From Truepera sp. (GTDB taxonomy: Bacteria; Deinococcota; Deinococci; Deinococcales; Trueperaceae): DNA of 64,000 nucleotides. The position numbers were made by a program, and so were the translations under genes. The stretch lies in the NCBI GenBank assembly GCA_965218435.1, contig CBDCKW010000009.1:704001-768000 (forward strand), written 5' to 3'. The notes beneath the pieces are model-generated. The model made no database searches, was not told the origin of the DNA, and worked only from the letters and a program-made list of their open reading frames with translations. Within the stretch, counting starts at the first letter, position 1; each line of letters begins with the position of its first letter. Positions 14,027 to 23,912 of this stretch are shown one piece after another.

Positions 14027-14260
14027 ACAACTAGAGGCGAACCGTGTCACCAAAGCTCTACGCCGTAATGCCACGCGCCGTTTCTGCTAACTCTCAGCGC
14101 GGCGTAGGCGGTTTCAGCTGTTTCTCCGAGATTCGCTTAAGTTGCTTCCTGTAACTGCTAAGGTTTCGCCTTTAGATGGCGTTTTCCTCAACCGTGATAC
14201 TTATTGTTACAGTGTCGGCCAGGTATTCAGCAACCGCCCATCCATCGGCTAGAGTGAACC

Positions 14261-14309
14261 TCGGAATCGTTCCGATTTCTTGACGTGGTAGCGCCGCACG
14301 TTCTATAGT
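14261..14309 (+). promoter_or_regulatory. Promoter for the Rrf2 gene with adjacent inverted repeat
   Basis: TTGACG-N18-TATAGT (14280-14309), with TCGGAA-tcg-TTCCGA at 14261-14275. Confidence 0.5.
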
Positions 14310-14335
14310 CGTTTAAGCGAATCCAGGAGGAAAGC

Positions 14336-14782
14336 ATGTGGGTTTCGACACGCGCACAATACGGAATGCGGGCACTTGTAGAGATTGCCCTTAGCAGCGA
14401 ACCAACCAGCCTCAAGGTCGTTTCTGACCGGCAAAACATCAGCCAGCACTATTTAGAGCAGATTATCGCAGTCTTGCGCCGTGCCGGAATCGTTGAATCT
14501 ACACGGGGCGCGTATGGCGGTTACCGCGTCACTCGGCCCTTAGAGCAGGTGACGGCCTTAGAGGTTGTCGAACTGATGGAAGGCAGCCTCGCGCCGGTCG
14601 CGTGTATCGAAGACACCGACGCTTGCGAACACACCGGGCAGTGCTCGACCGAGACACTCTGGAACCGCGTAGATAACGCCGTCCGTGACGTGCTGGGTAA
14701 CACCACGCTGGCGCAGCTCGTCTCCGAGCGGCAGCTCTTGCAGTTAGAACCTTTGCCCGAACAATTCGCCGGTATCAACTAA
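14336..14782 (+). CDS. Rrf2-family (IscR-like) transcriptional regulator
   Basis: STRAQYGMRAL, YLEQI, STRGAYGGY and three Cys (C-x6-C-x5-C). Lies upstream of a cysteine desulfurase. Confidence 0.9.
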   Translation: MWVSTRAQYGMRALVEIALSSEPTSLKVVSDRQNISQHYLEQIIAVLRRAGIVESTRGAYGGYRVTRPLEQVTALEVVELMEGSLAPVACIEDTDACEHTGQCSTETLWNRVDNAVRDVLGNTTLAQLVSERQLLQLEPLPEQFAGIN

Positions 14783-14873
14783 AAGCCTTTTATCCACTTT
14801 ACGGCGTGAGAGATCACGCCGTTTTTCTTGCCAGCTGACGCTTTTTTCTATTTACAGCACCTAAAATAAACCC

Positions 14874-16007
14874 ATGAACGTATACCTTGACTACGCTGCC
14901 ACAACCCCGCTCGAGCCCCTCGTGCTGCAGGCGATGCTCCCGGCACTTAGCGCCGATTACGGCAACCCGGCGTCTCTCCACCGTGCGGGTCAGCGGGCAC
15001 GTAGCGCAGTCGAGACGGCGCGAGAGCAAGTTGCTGGGGCCGTCCATGCTCAGCCCCGCGAAGTCACCTTTACGTCGGGCGCGACCGAAGCCGATAACCA
15101 CGCCCTGCGCGCCTACGCCGCAAAATTTCCGGGCGGGCATATCGTCACGAGTTTGCTCGAGCACGCCGCCGTGTTAAGCACGTGCAGGTATCTCGAGACC
15201 CAAGGTTGGCAGGTGACTTACCTAAAACCCAACGCACGCGGTGAAATCACCCCGGACACGGTGCAAGGGGCATTACAACCCGACACCTTTTTGGTTGCGC
15301 TGATGCTCGTCAACAACGAAACCGGCGTCGTTACCGACGTTCCGGCCATCAGCCAAATCGTTCATGAAGCGGGCGCGGTGCTTTTTTGTGATGCGGTGCA
15401 GGCTTTTGGCGTGATGGACGTGGACGTGCAGCAGCTAGGCGTAGATATGCTGGCGCTCTCGGCGCACAAAGTCTACGGCCCCAAAGGGGTCGGGGCGCTC
15501 TATGTCAGGCGTGGCCTCGAGCTTCCCCCTTTTTTGCTCGGCGGTGAGCAAGAACGCGGTCTCCGCGCAGGAACTCTGAACGTTCCGGCGATTGTCGGGT
15601 TTGGTCGGGCGGCAGAGTTGGCGCAAGAGCGTTTGGCGACAGACCCACTCGAGACTGCCCGGTTACGGGATAGGCTCGAGGCCCAACTCCTCAAAATTGA
15701 CGGCGTAAGCCTCAACGCCCCCGGTGCGCCGCGCAGCCCAAAGCATCTCAATGTCCGGGTTGTCGGGGTAGACGGGGAAGACCTGTTGATGGGGTTAGAC
15801 GCCGCTGGAGTCTACGCGAGCGCGGGATCGGCGTGCGCAGCGGGGACGCTCGAGCCCTCTCACGTCTTGTTGGCAATGGGCCTGAGTCACCGTGAAGCGA
15901 AGGCGAGTATCCGGTTGTCGCTAGGGCGCGGGGTTACGGCTGAAATGGTAGATTTTACGGCGAAAGCGTTTGCTGAGGTTGTAGAGCGGTGCCGCGTCCT
16001 TGTATAG
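14874..16007 (+). CDS. iscS: Cysteine desulfurase (IscS/NifS type)
   Basis: YLDYAATTP, FTSGATEA, SAHKVYGPKG and SAGSAC. Confidence 0.92.
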   Translation: MNVYLDYAATTPLEPLVLQAMLPALSADYGNPASLHRAGQRARSAVETAREQVAGAVHAQPREVTFTSGATEADNHALRAYAAKFPGGHIVTSLLEHAAVLSTCRYLETQGWQVTYLKPNARGEITPDTVQGALQPDTFLVALMLVNNETGVVTDVPAISQIVHEAGAVLFCDAVQAFGVMDVDVQQLGVDMLALSAHKVYGPKGVGALYVRRGLELPPFLLGGEQERGLRAGTLNVPAIVGFGRAAELAQERLATDPLETARLRDRLEAQLLKIDGVSLNAPGAPRSPKHLNVRVVGVDGEDLLMGLDAAGVYASAGSACAAGTLEPSHVLLAMGLSHREAKASIRLSLGRGVTAEMVDFTAKAFAEVVERCRVLV

Positions 16008-16034
16008 AACTTGTGCTTGATTTCGTTGAGCTTT

Positions 16035-16850
16035 CTATACCGCAGTTTTTAAGCGGAGACGTACAACTAAAGCGGGTGGCGTCTCTTTATAGTTTTCCCA
16101 CGATGACCACCTGTTCTCGTCTGGCCCCGAGCTACTTATAGGTTCTTCCAACCCGTCTAATACGAAACCGGCTTGAAAGCAAGTTTTAAGTAGAGAGCTG
16201 ATGGGACGATGAAAAAGGTAATGTGGCGCGGGCTGGCCTACTATACCGATGCCGCGTTCCGCTTGCGGCGTTAGATACCGGGAAACTTTGACCGAATAAA
16301 CCGTAGTGAGTTTACCGTCGCGGTCCTCCATTTCTACTACCTTTGCAGCACCATTCGAGTTGAAACAAGGGTGCTGAACCGAAAAAATAAACCGCCCCTG
16401 GGGTTTGAGAAGGCGGCCTAGCGCCAAAAGTAAAGGCTCGATTGTAGGCATATCCATCAGCGCCATATTGCATACGGCAGCGTCGAAACGCCTCTCCCCG
16501 AGTGCTAAAAGCTCGCTTTCTTGAGTTGCGTCAATTAGCACGTAGTCAATAGATTCAGCCGGGTTCAGCGTCCGCGCTTTGGCACGCTCGAGTAATGTCT
16601 CACTAAAGTCAGACGCGACGACATGGACGCCGAACCGTGCAAGTGTACGTGCAAAAGCACCATTACCACAAGCGACTTCTAGTATAGACTCATCCTTAAC
16701 TGGTGCAAGAAGGTCTAGCGTAGCGGGCTCCACAATCGCTCGGTGAAAGCGGTTGCCAAGATCGCCGAGAATGCCGTCCCAGAAGGTAGCATTTTGCTCC
16801 CAAATCTCTCGAGTTTCTTGAACAAGATTTTCGTCTTTATTGTCTTCCAT
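16035..16850 (-). CDS. Class I SAM-dependent methyltransferase
   Basis: ILEVACGNG motif I, FDAAVCNMALMD and LLKPQGRFIFS. Confidence 0.85.
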   Translation of the reverse strand: MEDNKDENLVQETREIWEQNATFWDGILGDLGNRFHRAIVEPATLDLLAPVKDESILEVACGNGAFARTLARFGVHVVASDFSETLLERAKARTLNPAESIDYVLIDATQESELLALGERRFDAAVCNMALMDMPTIEPLLLALGRLLKPQGRFIFSVQHPCFNSNGAAKVVEMEDRDGKLTTVYSVKVSRYLTPQAERGIGIVGQPAPHYLFHRPISSLLKTCFQAGFVLDGLEEPISSSGPDENRWSSWENYKETPPALVVRLRLKTAV

Positions 16851-16941
16851 GTTCTACCTCTTCAAGATTTGAAAAGCGACGAATAACATATTCACGTAAC
16901 ATGTCGTCCGTCGCTTGCTGTACGTTGCTATTCTTAGAGTA

Positions 16942-18138
16942 TTAAGCCGTCCTCTGCCGCTCTGCCTGCGCCAAAATCCTCTGTGGGTCGTCCAAGTTCT
17001 CGAGGTTGATGTTAATCGCCGAGAGGTCGTTTCCTGGCACCTCATACATCAGCTCTAAAAGTGTTTTTTCCATGACCGAGCGCAAACCGCGCGCGCCTGT
17101 GCCTCTGGCTTTGGCACGTTTGGCAATTTCATATAAAGCCGATTCGTTAAAGCTGAGGTCAACGTGCTCGAGCCGAAACAGCTCCCGGTACTGCTTCACA
17201 AGCGCATTTTTCGGTTTGGTCAACACGTCTACGAGCGCCTCGAGGCTGAGTTGATCCAAACTGGCAGTGACCGCTAAGCGCCCGATAAGTTCAGGTATCA
17301 GCCCGAACCGTACGAGGTCTTCGGGCGTGACTTTGGCCGCGACGTTTTCACCCTTGGTCTCGCCTTGGTAGCCGAAACCGACTTTCGACACGTCGGTGCG
17401 GTTGCGGATAATGCTGTCTAGTCCCTCAAACGCGCCGCCGCAGATAAACAAGATGTTCGAGGTGTCAACGGCAATCAGTTCTTGGTGTGGGTGTTTGCGT
17501 CCACCTTGTGGCGGCACGTGCGTGACCGAACCCTCGACGATTTTAAGGAGAGCTTGCTGGACGCCTTCGCCTGAGACGTCACGGGTGATGCTCGTGCCTT
17601 CACTTTTGCGGGCGATTTTGTCAATCTCGTCAATGTAGATGATGCCGCGCTCTGCCGCTTCGACGTTGTAGTCGGCGGTTTGCAGAAGCCGCACGATGAT
17701 ATTTTCTACGTCGTCACCGACATACCCGGCTTCAGTCAGCGTGGTGGCGTCGGCAATGGCAAAGGGTACCTGTAAAATCCGTGCGAGCGTCTGGGCGAGA
17801 AGTGTTTTACCCGTTCCGCTTGGGCCGAGCAGCAAGATATTGGCTTTTTGTAACTCCGAGTCGGGGTGCTGGAGCCGCAGGTAGTGGTTAAACACCGCGA
17901 CGGCGAGCGTCTTTTTCGCCTCGTCTTGTTCGACGACGTAGGCGTCTAGCTGCGCTTTAATCTCGCGGGGCGTCACCGGGTGCGGCAGCGGTGCGCTGCT
18001 TCCTTTAGCCTGCGCCAACACCTGCGAGATACGCACCACGCAGTCGCTACAGATATGCGTGACACCGTTTTCAGCCGCGACGAGGTGACGCACCTCGGCG
18101 TGCGTCCGACCACAGAAATTACACCGGGCTTGCGCCAC
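16942..18138 (-). CDS. clpX: ATP-dependent Clp protease ATP-binding subunit
   Basis: Zn-binding [27 protein letters not shown] and [13 protein letters not shown]. Confidence 0.97.
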   Translation of the reverse strand: MAQARCNFCGRTHAEVRHLVAAENGVTHICSDCVVRISQVLAQAKGSSAPLPHPVTPREIKAQLDAYVVEQDEAKKTLAVAVFNHYLRLQHPDSELQKANILLLGPSGTGKTLLAQTLARILQVPFAIADATTLTEAGYVGDDVENIIVRLLQTADYNVEAAERGIIYIDEIDKIARKSEGTSITRDVSGEGVQQALLKIVEGSVTHVPPQGGRKHPHQELIAVDTSNILFICGGAFEGLDSIIRNRTDVSKVGFGYQGETKGENVAAKVTPEDLVRFGLIPELIGRLAVTASLDQLSLEALVDVLTKPKNALVKQYRELFRLEHVDLSFNESALYEIAKRAKARGTGARGLRSVMEKTLLELMYEVPGNDLSAININLENLDDPQRILAQAERQRTA

Positions 18139-18771
18139 CTATTCGTCTCCCTCGGGGAGTCCGGGGGTGCTAAAACGCTCCAACCCTCGCGGTTCGACCA
18201 CCCGGTCAATCAGACCGTACTCTTGCGCGGCTTGCGGGTTCATAAAAAGGTCGCGTTCCATATCGCGCAAGAGTTTTTCGCGGGTGTAGTTGCGGTTCGT
18301 GTGGCGTTCGTAGAGGTCAACCATCTGGTCACGTAGGTATAAGACCTCTTTGGCCTGTACCTCGACGTCCGGCGTATTGCCGCGAAACCCCGACGAACCC
18401 TGATGAATCATGATACGGCTGTGCGGCAGGGCGGCCCGTTTGCCCTCGGCTCCGGCCATCAGGATCACGGAACCCATCGACATGGCGATACCGACGCAGG
18501 TGGTCGCTACCGGTGCGCTGATAAACTGCATCGTGTCGTAGATCGCGAGTCCGGCGTAGACCTCACCGCCGGGGCAGTTGATAAACACGCTGATCTCTTG
18601 TTCGGACGACTGTGAATCGAGTAGGAGAAGCTGCGCCACGATGACGTTGGCAACTTCACTGTCTATCGGCGAACCCAAAAAGATGATGCGCTCTTTTAAG
18701 AGGCGGCTGTAAACGTCGTACATCCGTTCACCGCGCCCGGTTTGTTCGATCACGTAGGGGACTAAGGGCAT
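18139..18771 (-). CDS. clpP: Clp protease proteolytic subunit
   Basis: YDVYSRLLKERIIFL, AMSMG (catalytic Ser) and IMIHQ. Confidence 0.97.
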   Translation of the reverse strand: MPLVPYVIEQTGRGERMYDVYSRLLKERIIFLGSPIDSEVANVIVAQLLLLDSQSSEQEISVFINCPGGEVYAGLAIYDTMQFISAPVATTCVGIAMSMGSVILMAGAEGKRAALPHSRIMIHQGSSGFRGNTPDVEVQAKEVLYLRDQMVDLYERHTNRNYTREKLLRDMERDLFMNPQAAQEYGLIDRVVEPRGLERFSTPGLPEGDE

Positions 18772-18844
18772 AAAAGGCTCCTCACCTTAAATCTCTTAAA
18801 GCAGTTGGGTCTACTTCTTGGTTTACTGTCTACTCTACTGTGGC

Positions 18845-20335
18845 TCAACGTACTTCAGATTCTACCGAAGTTTCGCCGGTGTTGTCACGCGGGTCGTCGT
18901 TACTTTGGTTGTTGTCCTGAGTGTCGCTCGAGCCGTCGGCCTCAGTTTGACCTGGTGCGGCAAATTGTGACGTCTCGGCCTGGGTTCCACCTTGTGCGGC
19001 GAGCAGTTCTTGCACCGTCTCACGGACAGCTTTGTCGCGGGTTAAGAGAAAGCGGTAGTTGGCTAAGCCCGACTCACCGAGTTCTTGCCGCAGGGCTTGC
19101 GGCGTGCTGTTCTGGCGCTGGGCGGTGTAGGCGAGGGCCGCATCGAACTCTTCGTTTGGCATGGTGGTGCCGTGCTGCTCGAGCAGTCTCTCCAACACCA
19201 AATCGCGTTTAACGGCGTTTTCAGCGGCCTCGTCGAGTTCTTGATCAAACTCGGCGCGTTTGCCCTCTTCGGCGTCTAAGTTCTCTAGGTAGCCCTGCAA
19301 CGTTGCACCTTGCGTCTCGAGTTCACGTGCGAGGTTTTGCAGCAGGCTGCTCTTACGGCGCGTTTTCAGGCTCGGCGGCACGGAGACGTTGGTCTCTACG
19401 AGCAGCTTTTCGGTAAACTCTTCTTGCTGGGCGCTGAGGGCGTCTTGGGCGAGTTGCAGCTCGAGGTTCGCCCGCAACTGCGTTTCGACCTCGGCCCAGG
19501 TCTCGAGGCCCAAGGTCTGTGCAAACTCGTCGTCGAGTTCAGGGAGTTCTTTGTCTTTGACGTCTTTGACGACGACCCGCAACGTCGTGGGTTCGGCTGC
19601 CGGTTCCGGCTCCGTTTCAGCTTCGGCTACTGCCGCGTCAACCGCTATGTCGGCGTCGGTAAGGGCTTCCGGTTCGACTACTACGTCTTCATTCGTATCT
19701 TCGTCATCTTCCGAAAGCCTTAGCTCGATCTCGTCGCCGACACTTTTGCCCAGAAACTGCTCGGCCAGTTCAGGCGCAACGTTTTCTAAGTCTACGGGGA
19801 TGCTCGAGCCTTCGCCGCCGTCTTCGCTGACGGTTTCAACGAGCAGATAATCCCCGGCTTCGGCGGGGCGCTCAACGGGAATGAGCGTCGCATTTTGATT
19901 GCGGAGCGCCTCGATATTCTCTTGCAGAAGCTCGTCCGTGACGGGTTCTTGCTCGGTATCTAAGACGATCTGCGTCACGTCGGGCAGCTCAAAGTCAGGA
20001 TAGAGTTCGACCTCGGCCTCGAAGCTGTAATCTTCGCCGTCCGTGGGTTCGTGGGCGTGAATATGCTGCGAGACCGGCGTCAGCGACAACTCCTCGACGG
20101 CTTGCGGAAAATAGGTCTGGACGAGCGCGTCCCGCACCTCTTGGGCGATGGCGTCTTTGCCGACGCGCGTTTCGATCACGCCGCGCGGCGCTTTTCCAGG
20201 GCGAAAGCCGGGGACGCGAATCTGCCTCGAGATACTGCTTAACACCTGCTGATAGGTTTTGGTTACGTCGTCCGCCGGAACCTCGATTTTAATCTTGGCG
20301 CGTCCGGCGTCTCTTTCAATAATCTGTGTTTGCAT
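18845..20335 (-). CDS. tig: Trigger factor
   Basis: VPGFRPGKAP ribosome-binding motif, ELDDEFA and tig-clpP-clpX synteny. Confidence 0.95.
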   Translation of the reverse strand: MQTQIIERDAGRAKIKIEVPADDVTKTYQQVLSSISRQIRVPGFRPGKAPRGVIETRVGKDAIAQEVRDALVQTYFPQAVEELSLTPVSQHIHAHEPTDGEDYSFEAEVELYPDFELPDVTQIVLDTEQEPVTDELLQENIEALRNQNATLIPVERPAEAGDYLLVETVSEDGGEGSSIPVDLENVAPELAEQFLGKSVGDEIELRLSEDDEDTNEDVVVEPEALTDADIAVDAAVAEAETEPEPAAEPTTLRVVVKDVKDKELPELDDEFAQTLGLETWAEVETQLRANLELQLAQDALSAQQEEFTEKLLVETNVSVPPSLKTRRKSSLLQNLARELETQGATLQGYLENLDAEEGKRAEFDQELDEAAENAVKRDLVLERLLEQHGTTMPNEEFDAALAYTAQRQNSTPQALRQELGESGLANYRFLLTRDKAVRETVQELLAAQGGTQAETSQFAAPGQTEADGSSDTQDNNQSNDDPRDNTGETSVESEVR

Positions 20336-20560
20336 TGGCATCTCCTCGAGCCGCACCCTCAACGTCTGGCAAGCTGCGGCGAAACGGTCTAGTCTAACCT
20401 GCCAGCTACCCGTCTCTGGTTATAAACGTCCTTACAACAAAGAATTGTTGCTGAGCCGCGTTTATAGACGTTTCCAGTCAACCTTACGGGCGCAAACGCA
20501 GTATCGTCCGGCTTCCAGGTATAAGCACCTGTGTGACTAAAGTTTACAAAAAGTCGCCAT

Positions 20561-20584
20561 AAAAAAAGCAAGCCGAAGCTTGCT
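20561..20584 (-). terminator. Intrinsic terminator after the tRNA pair
   Basis: AGCAAGC-TTCG-GCTTGCT followed by a T-run on the minus strand. Confidence 0.85.
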
Positions 20585-20586
20585 GT

Positions 20587-20671
20587 TGGTGCGAGGAATG
20601 GGACTTGAACCCACACACCTTACGGTACTAGATCCTAAGTCTAGCGCGTCTACCAGTTCCGCCATCCTCGC
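20587..20671 (-). tRNA. tRNA-Leu (anticodon TAG)
   Basis: Cloverleaf with long variable arm, anticodon arm CTAGA-CTTAGGA-TCTAG, and encoded CCA. Confidence 0.97.
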
Positions 20672-20674
20672 GTG

Positions 20675-20755
20675 CCAGAGGTATCATCTTTGAGCAAAGA
20701 TCAGAGGTATCATCTGTGACTTACTCACGTCACGTACCGAAGATGATACCTCTGG
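20675..20755. repeat. 16-bp inverted repeat with internal 14-bp direct copy in the tRNA spacer
   Basis: CCAGAGGTATCATCTT (20675-20690) pairs with AAGATGATACCTCTGG (20740-20755). CAGAGGTATCATCT is repeated at 20702-20715. Confidence 0.85.
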
Positions 20756-20792
20756 AGGTGTCGCCTTATCAGGGATGCTACTCCTCATTTAT

Positions 20793-20870
20793 TGGGGTGG
20801 ATGATGGGATTTGAACCCACGACCCCCGGAACCACAATCCGGTGCTCTAACCTACTGAGCTACATCCACC
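20793..20870 (-). tRNA. tRNA-His (anticodon GTG)
   Basis: Anticodon arm CCGGA-TTGTGGT-TCCGG, G-1, discriminator C and encoded CCA. Confidence 0.97.
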
Positions 20871-21031
20871 ACATAGCTACCTATAAAGCTGACGCAGGGC
20901 TCGAGCCTGGCCCAAGAAGGCCAAAATATCACTTTTAGCCCGTTAATGCAAACGTCTAACTACCCTCAATCTCAGCAAGCTAACACTGGTAAGTACAGCC
21001 CGTAGTTAATCCCTGCTTTAACCTTTGCTGT

Positions 21032-22063
21032 TCAGGTACGGCGCTGCGCAACCTCGGCCAGCGTGCTCAAGATGACCTCCGCCGCCGCCTGGTCCGGCAG
21101 CTCTGCGAGACACGCTTTTAGTGACCTGAGACCGGCCTCGGCTTTCGCTTCGGCGACGCTTTGCGCGTATGAGGAGGAGCCTTCGGTGCGCAGCAGCTGC
21201 AAGATGTGCTCGAGCTCCGCATAGGTTTTTTCGCGCCGTGGCTTCTCCAGCGTTCTTCTGACCAGCTGCTGCAGTTCGGGTGCAGCGTGGGCAAAAAAAT
21301 GGGCGAGGACGAGCGTGCGTTTGCCCTCGAACAGGTCACCCGCAAACTCTTTGCCGTAAGCCACGTCGCTCATGAGGTTGAGCACATCGTCCCGAATTTG
21401 AAACGCCACCCCGAGTGCGAGGCCCGCTTCGCTCAACCTGGGGTCGGGTTCGGCCCCGGCACAGAGCGCCCCTAAGACGAGAGGGCCGACGACCGTGTAG
21501 TACGCGGACTTCAGCGTCACCATCGCCAAATAGTCGGCTTCAGTGATGTCAAAACGCCCTTCAGCGACCCAGGTGAGGTCTAGGTGTTGCCCCTCAGCCG
21601 TTCGTGAAATCATCTCTTCAAACGTCTCGACGATCCGTTGTCCCTGTCTCTGTCCCTGTGCGCCTAACCCCCACGTGTGCCGTAGCAGCGTCCGCCACAT
21701 GTAGATATGCAGCGCGTCGCCCACATTGAGCGCGACCGGGAGCCCGACCTGTTTATGAAGGGCCGGAGACCCACGCCGGTCTTCGGAGTCGTCTTCGATG
21801 TCATCATGGATTAAGACCCAGTTTTGAAACAGCTCGAGCGCCGCCGCGACGCCTACCCCCTGTTCCCACGGCGCGCCGTGCGCCGCAGTTGACAGCAGAA
21901 GTAAAAGCCCGCGCAACCGTTTGCCGCCGCGCCCCGGATAATCGCGTAAAAGTGTGTAAAACCGCCCTAGTTCGGGCCTTAAATGTGACGCCGGTAGCTC
22001 GCGGTAGATAGCGGCGTCTAACTCGGCCTGAAGGGGTGCGAGGTCGAAAGGGGAGACGGTCAC
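21032..22063 (-). CDS. Polyprenyl (GGPP-type) diphosphate synthase
   Basis: GGKRLR, LIHDDIEDDSEDRRG (FARM), EGQHLD and FQIRDD..DLFEGK (SARM). GTG start lies 6 nt after TATACT. Confidence 0.9.
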   Translation of the reverse strand: MTVSPFDLAPLQAELDAAIYRELPASHLRPELGRFYTLLRDYPGRGGKRLRGLLLLLSTAAHGAPWEQGVGVAAALELFQNWVLIHDDIEDDSEDRRGSPALHKQVGLPVALNVGDALHIYMWRTLLRHTWGLGAQGQRQGQRIVETFEEMISRTAEGQHLDLTWVAEGRFDITEADYLAMVTLKSAYYTVVGPLVLGALCAGAEPDPRLSEAGLALGVAFQIRDDVLNLMSDVAYGKEFAGDLFEGKRTLVLAHFFAHAAPELQQLVRRTLEKPRREKTYAELEHILQLLRTEGSSSYAQSVAEAKAEAGLRSLKACLAELPDQAAAEVILSTLAEVAQRRT

Positions 22064-22168
22064 GGCCTGAGTATAACAACCTGGGCGTAACGACCCCCAG
22101 CACCGAACAAGCACCGTCTTTGCGTGATGAGTTTCCCCAGAGCGGCTAGGCTGAACGTGGAGGTCAAC

Positions 22169-22639
22169 ATGATTATATTTGTGAGACGTACCCTCTTCGT
22201 CCTGGGTCTCTTCGTTGGATGTGCCGCCGTTAGTGCTCAGGCAGCTGCACCCGAAGTGCCGGGTTTGGTGGTTGTCAGAAGTCCACACAACGTGGCGCAA
22301 ACCGTCACTAAAGACGACCTCGAGACAAACGGACTTACTGTGATCGCCGAGGTTGACCACAGCGCGAACGCCGAGAGTGTCGGGCTTACGTTGCCCCGAC
22401 CTATCTCGTTATTTTCGGCAATCCCAAGGTTGGGACGCCGCTGATGCAAGAAAAGCGCACGGTTGCCACCGACCTGCCGCAAAAGATGCTCATTTAGGAA
22501 GACGCGGGCATGGTTTACGCTGCGTACAACGACCCGGCCTATTTAGCTGAGCGGCACGGCCTTGACCCCCAAGGGGAAAGGGCTTGAAAAAGTTTCCGCT
22601 GCGCTCAGCAACCTTGCAAAAGCGGCGACAGCGCCGTAA
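22169..22639 (+). pseudogene. DUF302-domain exported protein, disrupted
   Basis: Signal peptide and AEVDHSANAESVGL, then a frameshift near 22395 into PTYLVIFGNPKVGTPLMQ..DLPQKMLI, an in-frame TAG at 22495-22497, and a second frameshift near 22570. Confidence 0.8.
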
Positions 22640-22706
22640 AACGCGCTAAATAACAAATCGTGTGGGTGCCTCGAGGTAGACCTTAGCTGTTTTATAGACC
22701 CAATTT

Positions 22707-23375
22707 TTACGACAGTTGCGGCAGCAGTTCAGTAACCGCTCCGAACACGCCGATGCCGAGCAAGAGTACGCCTGAAATGCGTGTCAGCAGCGTGTGATGA
22801 CGCGTCAACCAACCCACCCCGCGCCGCTGCAAGGGCATCGCGGCAAAAGGCAGCAGCACCAGCGGCCACCCGAAGCCGAGCCCGAACACAAAAAAATATA
22901 GCAGACTGCTTGCTAGCGCTGCGGCGCTGCCCGCGCCGAGCAAAAACGCGCTGACGACGACGGGGCCGGTACAGGGCAGCGTCATCGGGCCGAGCAGCAC
23001 GCCGTAGAGGTAGGCGCTCCCCAAGGGATTGCGCAGGACCGGCGTAGAGACGCCGCCGAGCCGAGCAAACGGGTTGACGCCGAAGAGCATCAGCCCACCG
23101 AGGAGGATAATTGCGCCGTAAATTACCGGCAACAGCCAAGCGAGAACGCCTCCGAAGGTCGCTTGCAAAGCGTAAAGAAGAAACCCTACCAAGGTCATCA
23201 AACTGAGGACGCCTAAAAGCACCATCAGGCCGAGCCAGGGCGTCACGCGTTTGGCCCGCTCACTGGCAGCGTTCCCGGCTAAAAAAGCGATCAAGCCGGG
23301 GTAGAGCGGCAGCAAACAGACGTTCGTTAAAATAGCGGCGTTCCCCAAGAGGAACGCGCCAAAAAGTTGGTTCAC
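22707..23375 (-). CDS. ccdA: CcdA/DsbD-like thiol-disulfide membrane transporter
   Basis: Six TM segments, with CLLPLYP and LPCTGP Cys motifs. Confidence 0.8.
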   Translation of the reverse strand: MNQLFGAFLLGNAAILTNVCLLPLYPGLIAFLAGNAASERAKRVTPWLGLMVLLGVLSLMTLVGFLLYALQATFGGVLAWLLPVIYGAIILLGGLMLFGVNPFARLGGVSTPVLRNPLGSAYLYGVLLGPMTLPCTGPVVVSAFLLGAGSAAALASSLLYFFVFGLGFGWPLVLLPFAAMPLQRRGVGWLTRHHTLLTRISGVLLLGIGVFGAVTELLPQLS

Positions 23376-23396
23376 GAAAGTTCATTCACGTTAGTT

Positions 23397-23912
23397 CTAG
23401 GGTTGCACAGCCGCGAGAATCGCGTCGGGTGAGCTAAAGCCTGTGAGCAGGTCGCTGGTGGTGCCGTCCGGATAGACGATGAAGTGCGGCGTTGACGGGG
23501 GGACGGCGATCGTTTGACCAAAGTTGGCAGCGAGGGCGCGCAGCAGCTCAGGGGTCAGCACGGCAAACTTAAAGTCGAAGCCTTGCTCTTGGGCGTAACG
23601 GGCGAGGGCGTCGGCTTTGAGGGTCGTTTCGACGCTGAGCGCCACGAACGTTACCTTATCGCCCTTAAGCTGCGCGGCGGCGTCACGAACGTTGCCGAGT
23701 TGTTGACGGCAGTTGCTACACCAGGTCGCCATCGGCTCGACGTAGACGGTTTTGCCTGCAAAACCCCCGAGCGTAAAGGTTTCGCCCGTGCGGGCGTCGG
23801 TCAGGGGCAGCGTCTGCCAATCGGTTTGAGCGAACGCTGCGCTTGATAGTACAGCCAGCACAACGACTATCATTTTGGCGGGGTTTGTAAAAACTGACTT
23901 TACACGGTTCAT
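23397..23912 (-). CDS. Exported TlpA-like thioredoxin
   Basis: Signal peptide, ATWCSNC (CxxC) and STP cis-Pro loop. Lies upstream of ccdA. Confidence 0.85.
   Translation of the reverse strand: MNRVKSVFTNPAKMIVVVLAVLSSAAFAQTDWQTLPLTDARTGETFTLGGFAGKTVYVEPMATWCSNCRQQLGNVRDAAAQLKGDKVTFVALSVETTLKADALARYAQEQGFDFKFAVLTPELLRALAANFGQTIAVPPSTPHFIVYPDGTTSDLLTGFSSPDAILAAVQP

Noticed and set aside
20675..20755. Possible mini CRISPR array
   Set aside because: Repeats are only 14-16 bp, one is inverted, spacers are too short, and there are no cas genes.
22120..22160. GTGATGAGTTTCCCC resembling a fluoride riboswitch 5' end
   Set aside because: The P1 pairing and the downstream GCTGATGAC element are absent.
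22064..22360. Long N-terminal extension of the polyprenyl synthase ORF
   Set aside because: It is the antisense of the DUF302 pseudogene. The leaderless-type GTG at 22063 is a better start.
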